IMG/VR virus record: IMGVR_UViG_3300037297_000231
Coordinates: 44-64,043 of that record
Origin: a virus
Lineage: Duplodnaviria > Caudoviricetes
Length of the DNA stretch: 64,000 nucleotides
Reading direction: 5' to 3' (one strand)
Shown: one piece after another, positions 1 to 10,108 of the stretch
How positions within the stretch are numbered: the first letter of the stretch is position 1
How the letters are laid out: every line of letters begins with the position of its first letter
Notes under the pieces: model-generated
Database searches by the model: none
What the model was told of the DNA's origin: nothing
Seen by the model: only the letters and a program-made list of their open reading frames with translations
Position numbers and translations under genes: made by a program

Positions 1-84
1 ATTTCTTGGTATATTTTTGGACTTATTTATTTTACTATTAAAATTATTAAATTATTTAAAAAATTAAAGTTAAAGGAGAATAAA
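1..84 (+). repeat. 84-bp exact direct repeat, copy 1 (copy 2 at 62256-62339)
   Basis: 1-84 is identical to 62256-62339 (3' end of ORF 62109-62345 through the RBS AAAGGAGAATAAA); the sequences diverge immediately after. Confidence 0.95.
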
Positions 85-225
85 TGAAAAGGTTTATTAT
101 AAATAAATATTATAATTTTTTGATGTTTTTAGAAGATGTTTTTGACGGCATTTCAACTAAAATAAATAATCATCGAAAAAGAATAGACGATAAATATTGG
201 GATAAATATTTAAAGGAGTTAAAAA

Positions 226-735
226 ATGGAAGCTAAAAAAGGTGATATATTATTTTATTCCGAAATAGGGCCTATAGCGAATATAATAAAAAATCGGACT
301 ACTGGGCCTTTCAACCATGTTGAAATCGTTATAGCTGATAATGTTGCATTAGAAATACGTCCAAGAAATATAGGATTAATTGATCTGACATTTAAAGAAC
401 AGGATTTAAAGTTAGGTGAATATATTTTAGTTAAGCGTCCTAAATGGAATAACATGGAAAAAGGAATATATCGTGCATTACAAATATTAAGAGATACAAA
501 AGGTTATAGTTTAGGCAATATTGAAGCCTGGTGGTCCGGGATAGAAAGATTACGAAGAATAAAAGACAACAGATTTGAAAGTGACGAATGGGTTATTTGT
601 AGTGAAGTGGTTGGTGATAGTTTATTGGCAGGCGGTATGAAATGCAAAGTTGACTATGATACCAGTTTGCAATCACCTAATGATATATTCTATAATTTTG
701 AGTTCTATAAAGGATCTATTAAAATTGAGGGGTAA
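226..735 (+). CDS. Permuted papain-like NlpC/P60 (YiiX/YebB-like) amidase
   Basis: GDILF start, FNHVEI His motif preceding a C-terminal CSE Cys motif, late SPND; AAGGAG RBS. Confidence 0.7.
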   Translation: MEAKKGDILFYSEIGPIANIIKNRTTGPFNHVEIVIADNVALEIRPRNIGLIDLTFKEQDLKLGEYILVKRPKWNNMEKGIYRALQILRDTKGYSLGNIEAWWSGIERLRRIKDNRFESDEWVICSEVVGDSLLAGGMKCKVDYDTSLQSPNDIFYNFEFYKGSIKIEG

Positions 736-1075
736 AAAATGAAAGGAAAGGGTAAAATTGTAGTTCAGGTCGAAGTTACTTGTAAAGTCATTGGCGCTAG
801 ATTTAAAAAAGTGCGCTGGTTTATCGCTAAGTGGATATGTATAATCGTAAGTAAGCTTCTTAAAGTCAAATTTAAAATGGATATTAAACAGGTTAGGAAG
901 AAATAAAATGCCAACAATTTGGGATGCATTTTTAAATGATATAAAGAAAAATAAAATCGATTTATCATATTATTCATTAAGGGAAATACTTGAAATATTT
1001 TGGAATTATAATAATAATCCGTTTAAATATGAAAAATGGCTTTCTGAACATAAATAGTTATCAGGAGGAATAATA

Positions 1076-1387
1076 ATGAAATTTAATGAACTCGAAGATA
1101 ATATTATTATCAATAATAGAAAAATTTGTTGTAGATATAATGAGCAGAAAGAAGAGATAATTATTTTCGATGGAATAAAACATATAGATTTTATAAAAGA
1201 ATTATATTATAAACGAGAACCTCTTAAAATATATATTCTAAAGACTGATATAGAAAGGAAAATAATTATAAATGATTTTAATTTTGTTAAGCATCGTATA
1301 GAAGGGTATAATTTCTATATATATGTTAATTTTAGAACATTATCAGATATTAAATTAAGTTTTAATGATTTACCAGCTAAACATTAA
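1076..1387 (+). CDS. Hypothetical protein
   Basis: ORF with AGGAGG RBS. Confidence 0.6.
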   Translation: MKFNELEDNIIINNRKICCRYNEQKEEIIIFDGIKHIDFIKELYYKREPLKIYILKTDIERKIIINDFNFVKHRIEGYNFYIYVNFRTLSDIKLSFNDLPAKH

Positions 1388-1389
1388 GG

Positions 1390-1418
1390 TTGACAAACCA
1401 TAACAAAAGGGCTAATAT
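1390..1418 (+). promoter_or_regulatory. Sigma70-type promoter of the terminase small subunit gene (probably leaderless)
   Basis: TTGACA-17-TAATAT, ATG 6 nt downstream, no SD. Confidence 0.65.
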
Positions 1419-1424
1419 TTAATT

Positions 1425-1871
1425 ATGAGTGATATAATAGAAAAAGCTAAAGTAGGGAAACCATTGGCCTTTAAATCAGTTGAGGAACTTCAATTAAAAA
1501 TAGATGATTATTTTAAACACTGTGATGAAAATGATAAACCTTATACTATATGTGGATTGGCTAATCATTTAGGTGTAACACGTCAAACTTTATTGAATTA
1601 TCAAGGTAAAGAAGAATATTTTGACACAATTAAAAAAAGTAAGAATAGATGTGAACAATATGCAGAAGAATTCTTATTTAGTGGTAGACAGGTGGCAGGT
1701 GCTATATTCAATCTTAAGAATAATTATGGATGGCATGACGAACAAAAACTAAATGTAGTAACCAGGGGAATAAATATAAGTATTAGCAAAATGAATGAAT
1801 TATCTGAAGAAGACGCTGAAAAGATATATAAACAAGTGCAAGCCAATATAAATGATGAAAATAACGTATAA
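1425..1871 (+). CDS. Terminase small subunit (DNA-packaging gp3-like)
   Basis: FKSVEELQ..IDDYF, KPYTI.GLA..LG..RQTL.NY, IFNLKNNYGW.D motifs; directly precedes the large terminase. Confidence 0.85.
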   Translation: MSDIIEKAKVGKPLAFKSVEELQLKIDDYFKHCDENDKPYTICGLANHLGVTRQTLLNYQGKEEYFDTIKKSKNRCEQYAEEFLFSGRQVAGAIFNLKNNYGWHDEQKLNVVTRGINISISKMNELSEEDAEKIYKQVQANINDENNV

Positions 1872-3399
1872 AGAACGGCTTAAGACAATATCCAATCTAG
1901 AACTACTTAAACATTATAAAATGTTATATTCAATAAGATACAATGAGGTTGATTCCTGTATTGATTTTATAAATCGTTTTTGCTTTACCTATGATCCTAG
2001 ACTCCCTGATAGCAAAGTAATACCCTTTGAATTATATCCAAAACAAATAGATTTTATTAAATGGTTATTTACCCGATATCAAAACCAGGAAGACGGATGC
2101 GTTGATAAATGCCGTGATGTAGGAGCTACCTGGTGTTTTATTGCATTTTCTATTTTTTTATTATTATTTAGGAATAATGTATCTATAGCTTTTTTTACAT
2201 ATAAGGCAAGTGAATGTCATACTATTGGGAAGATGGGAACTTTATTTGAAAAAGCTGTTTTTATAATAGATAATCTTCCAAATATGTATAAACAATCAGT
2301 CGAAACTAAATTAATGCTTATAACTAATTATGAAACTAAATCTGTAATCGTAGGGGCATCAGGAGATAACCCATTAAGAGGTGATAGGCAAACAATAATC
2401 TTTAAGGACGAATCGGCTTTTTATGAGCAAGCTGAATCAATAGAAGCTGCAATGTCAAAGTCTAGTGATTGTAAAATAGATATATCAACACATGCAGGAA
2501 CAGCGACATTATTTTATCAAAAAATTGTATCCGGAGAATTACCTATATTTACGTTTGATTGGTGGGAGAATCCTAGACATACTCAGGAATGGTTTGAGTC
2601 TGAACGGAAAAAGTATTATGCAAGTGGGCTTATTCATATTTTTAGAAGAGAGATAGAAAGAAATCCTTTGGCCAGTGTTGAGAATATATTGATACCTGCG
2701 GAATGGACGCATTCAGCAAAAGTTTGTAATGTGGGTATAACAGGTAAAAGGATTGCTAGCCTTGATGTCGCAGATGAAGGGACTGATACTAACGCTTTAT
2801 GTATTATGAATGGCAATACTTTATTGCATTTAGAAGAATGGTCTAGTCCAGATCCTAATGAAACGGCACGTAAGGCTTTCTATAGAGCAATAGAATTTGA
2901 TTGTGATGAATTCCGTTATGATAATATAGGCGTGGGGACCGGGATAAAAGCCGGATTAAATGTAATTTTAGATGAATTAAGGAAAGATGAACTAAATAAC
3001 AAAAAAGCTTTAAGTATAAGGATTATTGGCTGGGCTGCGTCTGGAAAAGTTATTAGGCCTGACGATTATGATTTTGATGAGAAAAGGCCAAATAAAGACT
3101 TTTTCGAAAACGCTAAGTCTCAAGCTTATTATAAAATAAGAGACGAATTTCTTCAAACATATCATTATATGAACAAAGAACAACATGATGCTACGAAATT
3201 AATAGATTTTAGTCAAATGATTGACCATCCACTATTTAATAAATTTATGAGTGAATTATCTCAGCCTTTACAAAAATTAACAGCAAGTGGAAAGATAATT
3301 ATTGATAAAAAAGCTAAAAGTAAATCTCCAAATATAGCTGAAGCTTATATGATAGGCAGGGCTGAGGTTAATCTTAATTTATCTATCTGGGATGTTTAA
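1852..3399 (+). CDS. Terminase large subunit
   Basis: PFELYPKQ adenine-binding motif, KCRDVGAT Walker A variant, FKDE Walker B, LDVADEG.D nuclease motif, C-terminal SPN.AEA. Confidence 0.92.
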   Translation: MMKITYKERLKTISNLELLKHYKMLYSIRYNEVDSCIDFINRFCFTYDPRLPDSKVIPFELYPKQIDFIKWLFTRYQNQEDGCVDKCRDVGATWCFIAFSIFLLLFRNNVSIAFFTYKASECHTIGKMGTLFEKAVFIIDNLPNMYKQSVETKLMLITNYETKSVIVGASGDNPLRGDRQTIIFKDESAFYEQAESIEAAMSKSSDCKIDISTHAGTATLFYQKIVSGELPIFTFDWWENPRHTQEWFESERKKYYASGLIHIFRREIERNPLASVENILIPAEWTHSAKVCNVGITGKRIASLDVADEGTDTNALCIMNGNTLLHLEEWSSPDPNETARKAFYRAIEFDCDEFRYDNIGVGTGIKAGLNVILDELRKDELNNKKALSIRIIGWAASGKVIRPDDYDFDEKRPNKDFFENAKSQAYYKIRDEFLQTYHYMNKEQHDATKLIDFSQMIDHPLFNKFMSELSQPLQKLTASGKIIIDKKAKSKSPNIAEAYMIGRAEVNLNLSIWDV

Positions 3400-3440
3400 A
3401 TTTTATTGACAAATAATCCTTAATTATTGTATAGTGAATT

Positions 3441-3656
3441 ATGGCAAAAAAGAAAAAAGCACCAAAAAAGACTAAAAGAATAAGAAAGAAAAGAAAAAAG
3501 ATTGAAGAAAAAGTCATAACATATCCATTAATATGTGAAGCATGTGGAAAAGAAAAGAAATCATTTCGTAAAATAGTAGCAAGTCATATTTATTGTTCTA
3601 TATGCATTAACAAAAATAATCGGAGAAATCAGAAAAACGTTTTATATTTTAGATAA
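3441..3656 (+). CDS. Small basic Zn-finger-like protein
   Basis: Lys-rich N-terminus, two CxxC; preceded by TTGACA-18-TATAGT at 3406-3435. Confidence 0.5.
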   Translation: MAKKKKAPKKTKRIRKKRKKIEEKVITYPLICEACGKEKKSFRKIVASHIYCSICINKNNRRNQKNVLYFR

Positions 3657-3665
3657 GGGGATTAT

Positions 3666-5117
3666 ATGTCTAAAAATAGATCAACCAGTAAAATTATAGC
3701 CAACAGTTTAGCTGACCTGGCTACTACAATAAATCAGTGGCAATCATTCACAGGTGGCGGATCGACTTTGTCAACATATGCAACAATTCAAGGTGATAAT
3801 AATTATGCATTACTTACTTTAAATTGGATAGTATTGTCTTATTTATTTGCAGGTAACGGTATATTCCAGAGAGTTATTAGATTACCAGTTTGTGATGCAT
3901 TGTCAAAGGGTTTTGAAATAGATTCTGATGAAGCATCGAAAGAAGATATTGATAAAGTATTCAAATGGTTTAGAAAGTATAAGTTATTTTTTAATACCAG
4001 ACAGTTTTTAATTTGGAAGCGATTATTCGGTGGGAGTGCTTTGATAATAAATACAAATCAGAATCCTGAAGAAGAATTAAATATAAAAGAGCTTAAGAAT
4101 GGGCCATTAAGATTTTATGCAGTTGACAGATGGCAGTTATCTTCAACAAAGATGCCCTTTGATTATCTTGATAATATTTCTTATGATGTTGGAGATTTGG
4201 AACATTTCTTTATATTTGGAAGAAAAATACATAAATCAAGGGTATTAATAGGCAGAGGAGAAGAAGCCCCTCATTATCTTGCAAGACAACTTAGAGGATG
4301 GGGAATGTCTGAAGGTGAAAGGATTATAAGAGATCTTAACTTATATCTTAAGACTCAGGATGTTTTATATGAAATATTAGACGAGAGTAAAATTGATGTT
4401 TATTATATCCAGGGGCTTGCAAATAAACTTGCTACTGTCGGTGGGACCAGAAATATACAAACAAGAATACAGGCGGTTAATGAAATCAAGAGTTATCTTA
4501 ATGCTTTATTATTAGATGCTCAGGATAAATTTGATCAAAAGAGTTTGTCTTTTGCCGGGTTAGCTGAAGTAATGAATCAAAATAGAATGGGTATAGCAGC
4601 TGCAATAAATTTCCCTATGACTAAATTATTTGGTATGTCGGCAGCTGGGTTTAATTCGGGTGAAGATGATCTTGAAAATTACAACAGTATGGTTGAAAGT
4701 GAAATCAGAGAACCGTTAAAATATGATACTTTGCCTATATTGATTGATATGGCATTTCAGATAGTTCATGGTGATGTACCTCAATATGAGATTACTTTTC
4801 CACCTTTAAGGATAATGTCGGCAGAACAGGAAGAACAGATTGCCACCAGTAAAACTCAAAGAATTTGGGGGTGGTATGATAGAGGCGCTATTGGTATGGA
4901 TAAAGCGGTTTCATGGGGACAGAAAGAAGGTATAATAGGAATAGATGTCGGATATGTACCAGAGAAGCCAGAGCCTAATTTTCAGGAAGGTGTTGATCAG
5001 GAACAACAGAATACAGTCAGTGTTTATCGAAAAAAGCAGCAAACACCTGAAGTTCCAGATATGCCTAATTCAAAGGTAAAGAAGTTTTTTAATAATATTT
5101 TTAATAAGGAGAAATAA
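3666..5117 (+). CDS. Portal protein (DUF1073 type)
   Basis: Position after terminase; RLFGG, IHKSRV, P.TKLFG.S..GFNSGEDDL.NY motifs. Confidence 0.9.
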   Translation: MSKNRSTSKIIANSLADLATTINQWQSFTGGGSTLSTYATIQGDNNYALLTLNWIVLSYLFAGNGIFQRVIRLPVCDALSKGFEIDSDEASKEDIDKVFKWFRKYKLFFNTRQFLIWKRLFGGSALIINTNQNPEEELNIKELKNGPLRFYAVDRWQLSSTKMPFDYLDNISYDVGDLEHFFIFGRKIHKSRVLIGRGEEAPHYLARQLRGWGMSEGERIIRDLNLYLKTQDVLYEILDESKIDVYYIQGLANKLATVGGTRNIQTRIQAVNEIKSYLNALLLDAQDKFDQKSLSFAGLAEVMNQNRMGIAAAINFPMTKLFGMSAAGFNSGEDDLENYNSMVESEIREPLKYDTLPILIDMAFQIVHGDVPQYEITFPPLRIMSAEQEEQIATSKTQRIWGWYDRGAIGMDKAVSWGQKEGIIGIDVGYVPEKPEPNFQEGVDQEQQNTVSVYRKKQQTPEVPDMPNSKVKKFFNNIFNKEK

Positions 5118-5594
5118 AATGAAACTAATTTTAGACGATGGACAAGAGATAGACTTAGATTCTGTTAAAGTTACAGAGGTTTATCCTCATTCTACGGTTA
5201 TATTAAAGGTTGAAAGATTATCCGAGATTAAAAGGGAGAATTTAGAAATGATAAGATCTAATTTAAAGATGATATTCTTTCCAGCCAGGATATTAATATT
5301 TGATAAAACCGCAGATATAGAGATAACCGAAATGACAAAACCAGAGGAAGAGAAAAAGATTGTTCATTAAAAGGAGTTAATTTTGGCACAATCTATTGTA
5401 GTTGAGAATGATATGCAGACAACAGTTGATTTTTCTACTGTTGAAAAAGGGGTTTTTATTTATAATGGTAACATCTGTGTAAGGATTGATAAAAATAATC
5501 CTAATTATGTTGTTTTGCAGACAGGGGTAAATGGAAAATTAGATGATAATGATCAAGTCTTAATTCCAAATTCAGTTTTAGTGAAGGTAGAATA

Positions 5595-7406
5595 ATGAGC
5601 ATACCGATAGTTTTAAATTATAATGATGAAAATGATTACTATTTTGAAAACACTGATATCGAAGTTACTGGCGGAAAAGGACAACTAAAACTTCAGCAAA
5701 GTGATATCGATTTTATAGAAGATTTTGCAGATGATACTGATTTTACTTATGATTCAGATTTAGTAGAATTTATTAGCAGTATGGTAAGGCAAATTGATAA
5801 ACGACCTGCTAATACTATTTTTTATGCAAGCTATACAAATAATGAAAATGGAAGTTGGGGCAATGGTACGTTAACTGGAACTTTAGGTGGAAGTGCAAGT
5901 GTGCATGATGGTTATTTAGATGCATTAGACGGATATGTTGAATACCCTATTGATAATTTTTCTTCTATGAGTAATAATGCAGGATGTATAAGAAAAAGAA
6001 TATCTTTTAATTATACAGGTGCAGCATCTAATGTTCAATATATAATCCAAACAAGTCCAAATACAGCAAGTAGAGTTTATCTAGTTCACAATGATGTATA
6101 TATACAATGTTATATTTTTAATAATGTAGGAGCATTAATTTATAATATGACTTTTGGTTGGACACCATCATCTACGTCAACTATTTATGAATTTGAGATA
6201 AACTGGAATTCAACAAACGGATATATTTTTATCAATGGTAATTTAGAGGACTCTGATATAGGTTCTTTAACAATAGGAACACCATCATTATTTAGAATAG
6301 GTGGAGGTACAAATACTGCTTTTAAAATATATGATATTGCAGTTTTTAACACATTACAGCATTCATCAAATTATACGCCTGATTGGTCTAATTTTTATGA
6401 AAGTGCATATTTAGGAAGTTCAATTATTTTACCTGAAATGGAACATACAGGCGATGGGAGTATAAAATTATTTAATTCATTGACTATGATTTATTCAGGT
6501 TTGCCAAGAATATTATTGGAGATTGGAAGATCAGGAGATAAATTATATTGGGATGGTGATTCATGGGAAGTTTCAGATGAAACCTATGATCAGGCTACGG
6601 ATCCGGTAACATTTAATACTAATTGTGGAAGTTTAGAAGTAGATGGAGAAAAATATGGCCAATTTACTTTGATCTTTCCTGATTCAAATATAATAAGTTT
6701 TGTAAGCAATTTAACAGTTAATATGAATGTTGACATAGGATATCTGACAACTAATCCAAAAATAAGGCCCAAACTAGCAACAAAAATAGATGGATTGGAA
6801 AATTGGTTGGAAATAGTTGAAAAATCAGGCAGTGATGATGTAAAAGCAACATGTGAATTAAATAGTATAGAATATTATTATAATGGGTCAGCATGGGCCG
6901 TAAGCAGTGGATATTCTCAATCTAATACAATAGCTGAGATATTGGCACAAAAAGAAAGTTTATTGACAGAAGGAGATGGCAAATATTTTAGGCCAGTTCG
7001 ATATTTACATAGTGCTGATGGGTCAACCACTCCTAAAATAGATACAGATACATTAAGTGTCAATTTTTCAGGAATAGCGCCAACAATAAAAGAAATATTT
7101 ATTTATGGTAATTTAAGAGATTCCCTTGAGGGAATAGATGATGATATAATCTATTATAGGGAAACATGGACACATGGATTAAAAACTATAATTGTTGAGG
7201 AATATGAGGAATATACTGTTTTAACTGATGGATATATTGAAATACCTTTGAGATATGAAGAAGGATATAAACCAAGTTACATTGAAATGAAAATTAAAAA
7301 TAAATATATTAAATTTAATTTCCCTTCTGATGAATTGCTAGAAAGTGGTGATTATATTGAGATAGGAAATTTAGAAATCGCAGTTATTCAAAATATAAAT
7401 TTATAA
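5595..7406 (+). CDS. Large acidic beta-rich virion-associated protein with a LamG/concanavalin-like domain
   Basis: IFINGNL...FRIGG...IYDIAVFN LamG-like pattern; internal duplicated segments. Confidence 0.5.
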   Translation: MSIPIVLNYNDENDYYFENTDIEVTGGKGQLKLQQSDIDFIEDFADDTDFTYDSDLVEFISSMVRQIDKRPANTIFYASYTNNENGSWGNGTLTGTLGGSASVHDGYLDALDGYVEYPIDNFSSMSNNAGCIRKRISFNYTGAASNVQYIIQTSPNTASRVYLVHNDVYIQCYIFNNVGALIYNMTFGWTPSSTSTIYEFEINWNSTNGYIFINGNLEDSDIGSLTIGTPSLFRIGGGTNTAFKIYDIAVFNTLQHSSNYTPDWSNFYESAYLGSSIILPEMEHTGDGSIKLFNSLTMIYSGLPRILLEIGRSGDKLYWDGDSWEVSDETYDQATDPVTFNTNCGSLEVDGEKYGQFTLIFPDSNIISFVSNLTVNMNVDIGYLTTNPKIRPKLATKIDGLENWLEIVEKSGSDDVKATCELNSIEYYYNGSAWAVSSGYSQSNTIAEILAQKESLLTEGDGKYFRPVRYLHSADGSTTPKIDTDTLSVNFSGIAPTIKEIFIYGNLRDSLEGIDDDIIYYRETWTHGLKTIIVEEYEEYTVLTDGYIEIPLRYEEGYKPSYIEMKIKNKYIKFNFPSDELLESGDYIEIGNLEIAVIQNINL

Positions 7407-7416
7407 AGGGGTTGTT

Positions 7417-7995
7417 ATGCCAAAGGTGAAACCAGGAGAAAGTAAAGAAGATTATGTATCAAGAGCAATACCTATTTTAAAGAAAGAAGGGCTAACAGAT
7501 AAACAGGCTCAGGGTAAGGCTTTTGGTATGTTTGAAACACAGACTAAAAAAAATGAAGTGACAGTCTATAGACATAAGAAAACTATTTATAGGTATGCGG
7601 ATAATGCTAAAACAGTGAAAGGTTTTGAGAGTCCAGAACCAGGGGATCTTCCAAAAGAAAAAGCTGATTTATTGGCTGATGTTTATGCCCAATATCGTAA
7701 GAAGGGAATGAGTAAAGAAGAAGCAGTCAAAAGAGCTTGGGGTGCGGTTAATAAACAAAATCAAGAAATTGATTATAAAAAATTCTATGATACTATTATG
7801 CAGGGTGGTTTGTCTGTTGGGAAAGAGGATTTTCCTGAAGATCAATTACGTAAGGGTGTAGAAATAGAGAAAGAACACATTGACGTTAACAGTCCTTATG
7901 CTGATATGATTGCAGAGAAAATCGCAAAGGATCATTTGTCGGAAATGTCCGATTATTATGATAAGCTAGAAATGATAGAAAAAGGAGGGAAATAA
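7417..7995 (+). CDS. Mosaic head-associated protein (ChaB-like + DUF5661-like domains)
   Basis: LP....L...Y.......EEA...AWGAV (ChaB-like) and G.EIEKEH...AEKIAKDHL.E..DYY.KL (DUF5661-like). Confidence 0.55.
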   Translation: MPKVKPGESKEDYVSRAIPILKKEGLTDKQAQGKAFGMFETQTKKNEVTVYRHKKTIYRYADNAKTVKGFESPEPGDLPKEKADLLADVYAQYRKKGMSKEEAVKRAWGAVNKQNQEIDYKKFYDTIMQGGLSVGKEDFPEDQLRKGVEIEKEHIDVNSPYADMIAEKIAKDHLSEMSDYYDKLEMIEKGGK

Positions 7996-8393
7996 TGAAA
8001 AAATGTAAATTTAATTTATGTCAAGCATGTATTATAAAAGAATACAATATTGAAGGTATTGTTTCAAGAATTCTTTTCGATTCCAGAAATATAAATATTC
8101 AAATTGAAGTTGAATATCTTGATAATACAGGAGTAATTAGGAAAGAATGGGTAAATGAATGTGAATTAGATTTTATAACTTTACCAACTACTGAAGATCA
8201 AGATGTGCCTTCGGCTGAAGATATCCCAACTACTGAGGATAAAGATTGTTTACTGACAAAAAAAGAAATGGATGATATTTTAAACATGGAAGAAATATAA
8301 TGGCAATAAAAAAACGAATATTAGTTTATCGGAAGAAAAAACCGAAAGTGAATTCTGATTCAAATAAGATGAAATTGACAGATGCAAAAAACT

Positions 8394-8422
8394 TTGACAA
8401 AGAAAGTGATAATATTTATAAT
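8394..8422 (+). promoter_or_regulatory. Perfect consensus sigma70 promoter, leaderless start of the MuF gene
   Basis: TTGACA-17-TATAAT, ATG at 8428. Confidence 0.75.
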
Positions 8423-8427
8423 AAGAA

Positions 8428-9450
8428 ATGCGAATAAAACAATCATGGTATTCAGATATTGAAGAACAACTTAAGGATTATTTTTATAAAACATACTTTG
8501 AACCAATCTTAGAACTATTCAAAGAACCGCTTTATAATTCCACTAATGATGTAATAAATGCTATTAATAAAGGACGTGTAGTATTTCAGGGTGATGAAAT
8601 ATACGGCGTCTTTAATATGAAGGTATCTAATGAGTTAAGAAAGTTTGCTAAGTTTAATAAATATACTAAACGATGGAAGATCAAGGATAAGACATTAATC
8701 CCAAAAGATATATTATCAGCTTCTATTATTGCTAATGAAAAAGCCAGGCAATTACATTCTAGGATGAAAACTGTTATCGATAATATTGCGAATACATCAA
8801 AAGATAAAATAGGAAGTATCGATTTTAATATTGATGGCGTATCAAAAGAAATGGATGCAGCTTTAAATAAAGAACGAATTGATCTAGGAGTTCGATATAC
8901 TCCTAATGATTATGTCAGGCAGCAAATGGTTGATCAATATAACGAGAATATGAAATTATCAATTGTTAATGAATTAGATCCGGGTTGTTGGGATACCAAG
9001 CAGGTTGAGAGGCTGAGAGAAATGGTGTCTAAAATGACATATGAGGGCTATAATAGACAAAAGATGATTGAAGCTATACAGACAGAGTTTGAGACGAGTA
9101 AGTCAAAGGCTAGATTCTTGGCCAGGCAGGAAACAACGCTTTTCTATTCTGATTTATCGACTTCCAGATTTACAGATGCAGGTATTCATGTTTATCAGTG
9201 GCTGACAATGGATGATTACCGTGTAGTGGGTGATCCATCCGGGAAATATCCTGATCCAAGCAAGGGGCATGGGAATCATTACGTGCTTCATAAGAAGTTT
9301 TGTAAGTTTAATGATGATTCGGTTTATGCCGACACTTTGGAAGATGTTAAGAATAATAAATGGAAAAGTAGGGCTGCTATAGGTGCGCCAGTGACAAAAC
9401 CAGGATTAGAGTTTTTTTGCAGGTGTGTTAAAAAACCGATTATTTTATAA
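8428..9450 (+). CDS. Minor head morphogenesis protein (Mu gpF-like)
   Basis: ARFLARQET, YQW.T..D.RV, H..LH, PG..F.CRC motifs. Confidence 0.85.
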   Translation: MRIKQSWYSDIEEQLKDYFYKTYFEPILELFKEPLYNSTNDVINAINKGRVVFQGDEIYGVFNMKVSNELRKFAKFNKYTKRWKIKDKTLIPKDILSASIIANEKARQLHSRMKTVIDNIANTSKDKIGSIDFNIDGVSKEMDAALNKERIDLGVRYTPNDYVRQQMVDQYNENMKLSIVNELDPGCWDTKQVERLREMVSKMTYEGYNRQKMIEAIQTEFETSKSKARFLARQETTLFYSDLSTSRFTDAGIHVYQWLTMDDYRVVGDPSGKYPDPSKGHGNHYVLHKKFCKFNDDSVYADTLEDVKNNKWKSRAAIGAPVTKPGLEFFCRCVKKPIIL

Positions 9451-9457
9451 AAAATAT

Positions 9458-9566
9458 TTGACAAATAAAAATATTGCAGTATAATCTATATTAACTGCGA
9501 GAAAAAGACTTTTTGACAGGGTTAAATGGGCAGCTCGCAGTTCCCATCCTTCAGAAAGTCTTTTTT
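9458..9566 (+). ncRNA. Leader RNA element E1 (5' segment pairs with terminator loop) with its promoter
   Basis: TTGACA-16-TATAAT; AACTGCGAG 9493-9501 is complementary to CTCGCAGTT 9534-9542 inside hairpin 9502-9565, which ends in a T-run. Confidence 0.7.
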
Positions 9567-9571
9567 ATTAT

Positions 9572-9673
9572 GGGCTTTTAGTAATAATGGTCGAACGCTT
9601 TATAAAACATGAAGGGTGATTCATGATAAACCTGTTATATAAAGAGATGTGGGTTCGATTCCCACGGAGCCCG
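9572..9673 (+). ncRNA. tRNA-like RNA with expanded anticodon arm
   Basis: GGGCTTT/GGAGCCC acceptor, D-loop TGG, T-arm GTGGG-TTCGATT-CCCAC; stem CTTTATA/TATAAAG encloses about 33 nt instead of 7. Confidence 0.7.
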
Positions 9674-9691
9674 ATTTTAAGGAGAGGTAGA

Positions 9692-10108
9692 ATGGAAAGG
9701 GAGATTAAATTTAAATATTATTATAAACTCTGCCATCCCCATACAGGATGGGGAGATATTCATATTGCAATAATAACATTAGAAGATTTAGAAAAAGGTA
9801 AATATAAAGATATTATAGGAAAATTAGAAGAATCTTTTGTGGTTGAAATTATAGGTAAATGTCAATATACAGGATTAAAAGATGAAAATAAAAAAGAAGT
9901 ATTTGCAGGAGATATAATTGAATTTATAACTGAGGATGAAGGATATGAAGAAAATATAAAAAGATTTAATGGATGGTTTATAGATTATGATATTCATGAA
10001 AAATGCTTAGTATTGAGAGATAGAAAAGAAAATGATTTAATTCCTTTATCTCATTTTGACTATCATGCAAATTTTAATGTCATAGGCAATATATCTGAGA
10101 GTTTATAA
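9692..10108 (+). CDS. YopX family protein
   Basis: MEREIKF..., QYTGLKD.N.KEVF.GDII, VIGNI; real start at 9692 after a GGAGAGG RBS. Confidence 0.8.
   Translation: MEREIKFKYYYKLCHPHTGWGDIHIAIITLEDLEKGKYKDIIGKLEESFVVEIIGKCQYTGLKDENKKEVFAGDIIEFITEDEGYEENIKRFNGWFIDYDIHEKCLVLRDRKENDLIPLSHFDYHANFNVIGNISESL

Noticed and set aside
8184-8240. Short repeat CCAACTACTGA(A/G)GAT
   Set aside because: In-frame low-complexity PTTED duplication in a small protein; no further structure.
9623-9691. N-terminal extension of the YopX ORF in the track
   Set aside because: Overlaps the tRNA-like element; the RBS supports a start at 9692.
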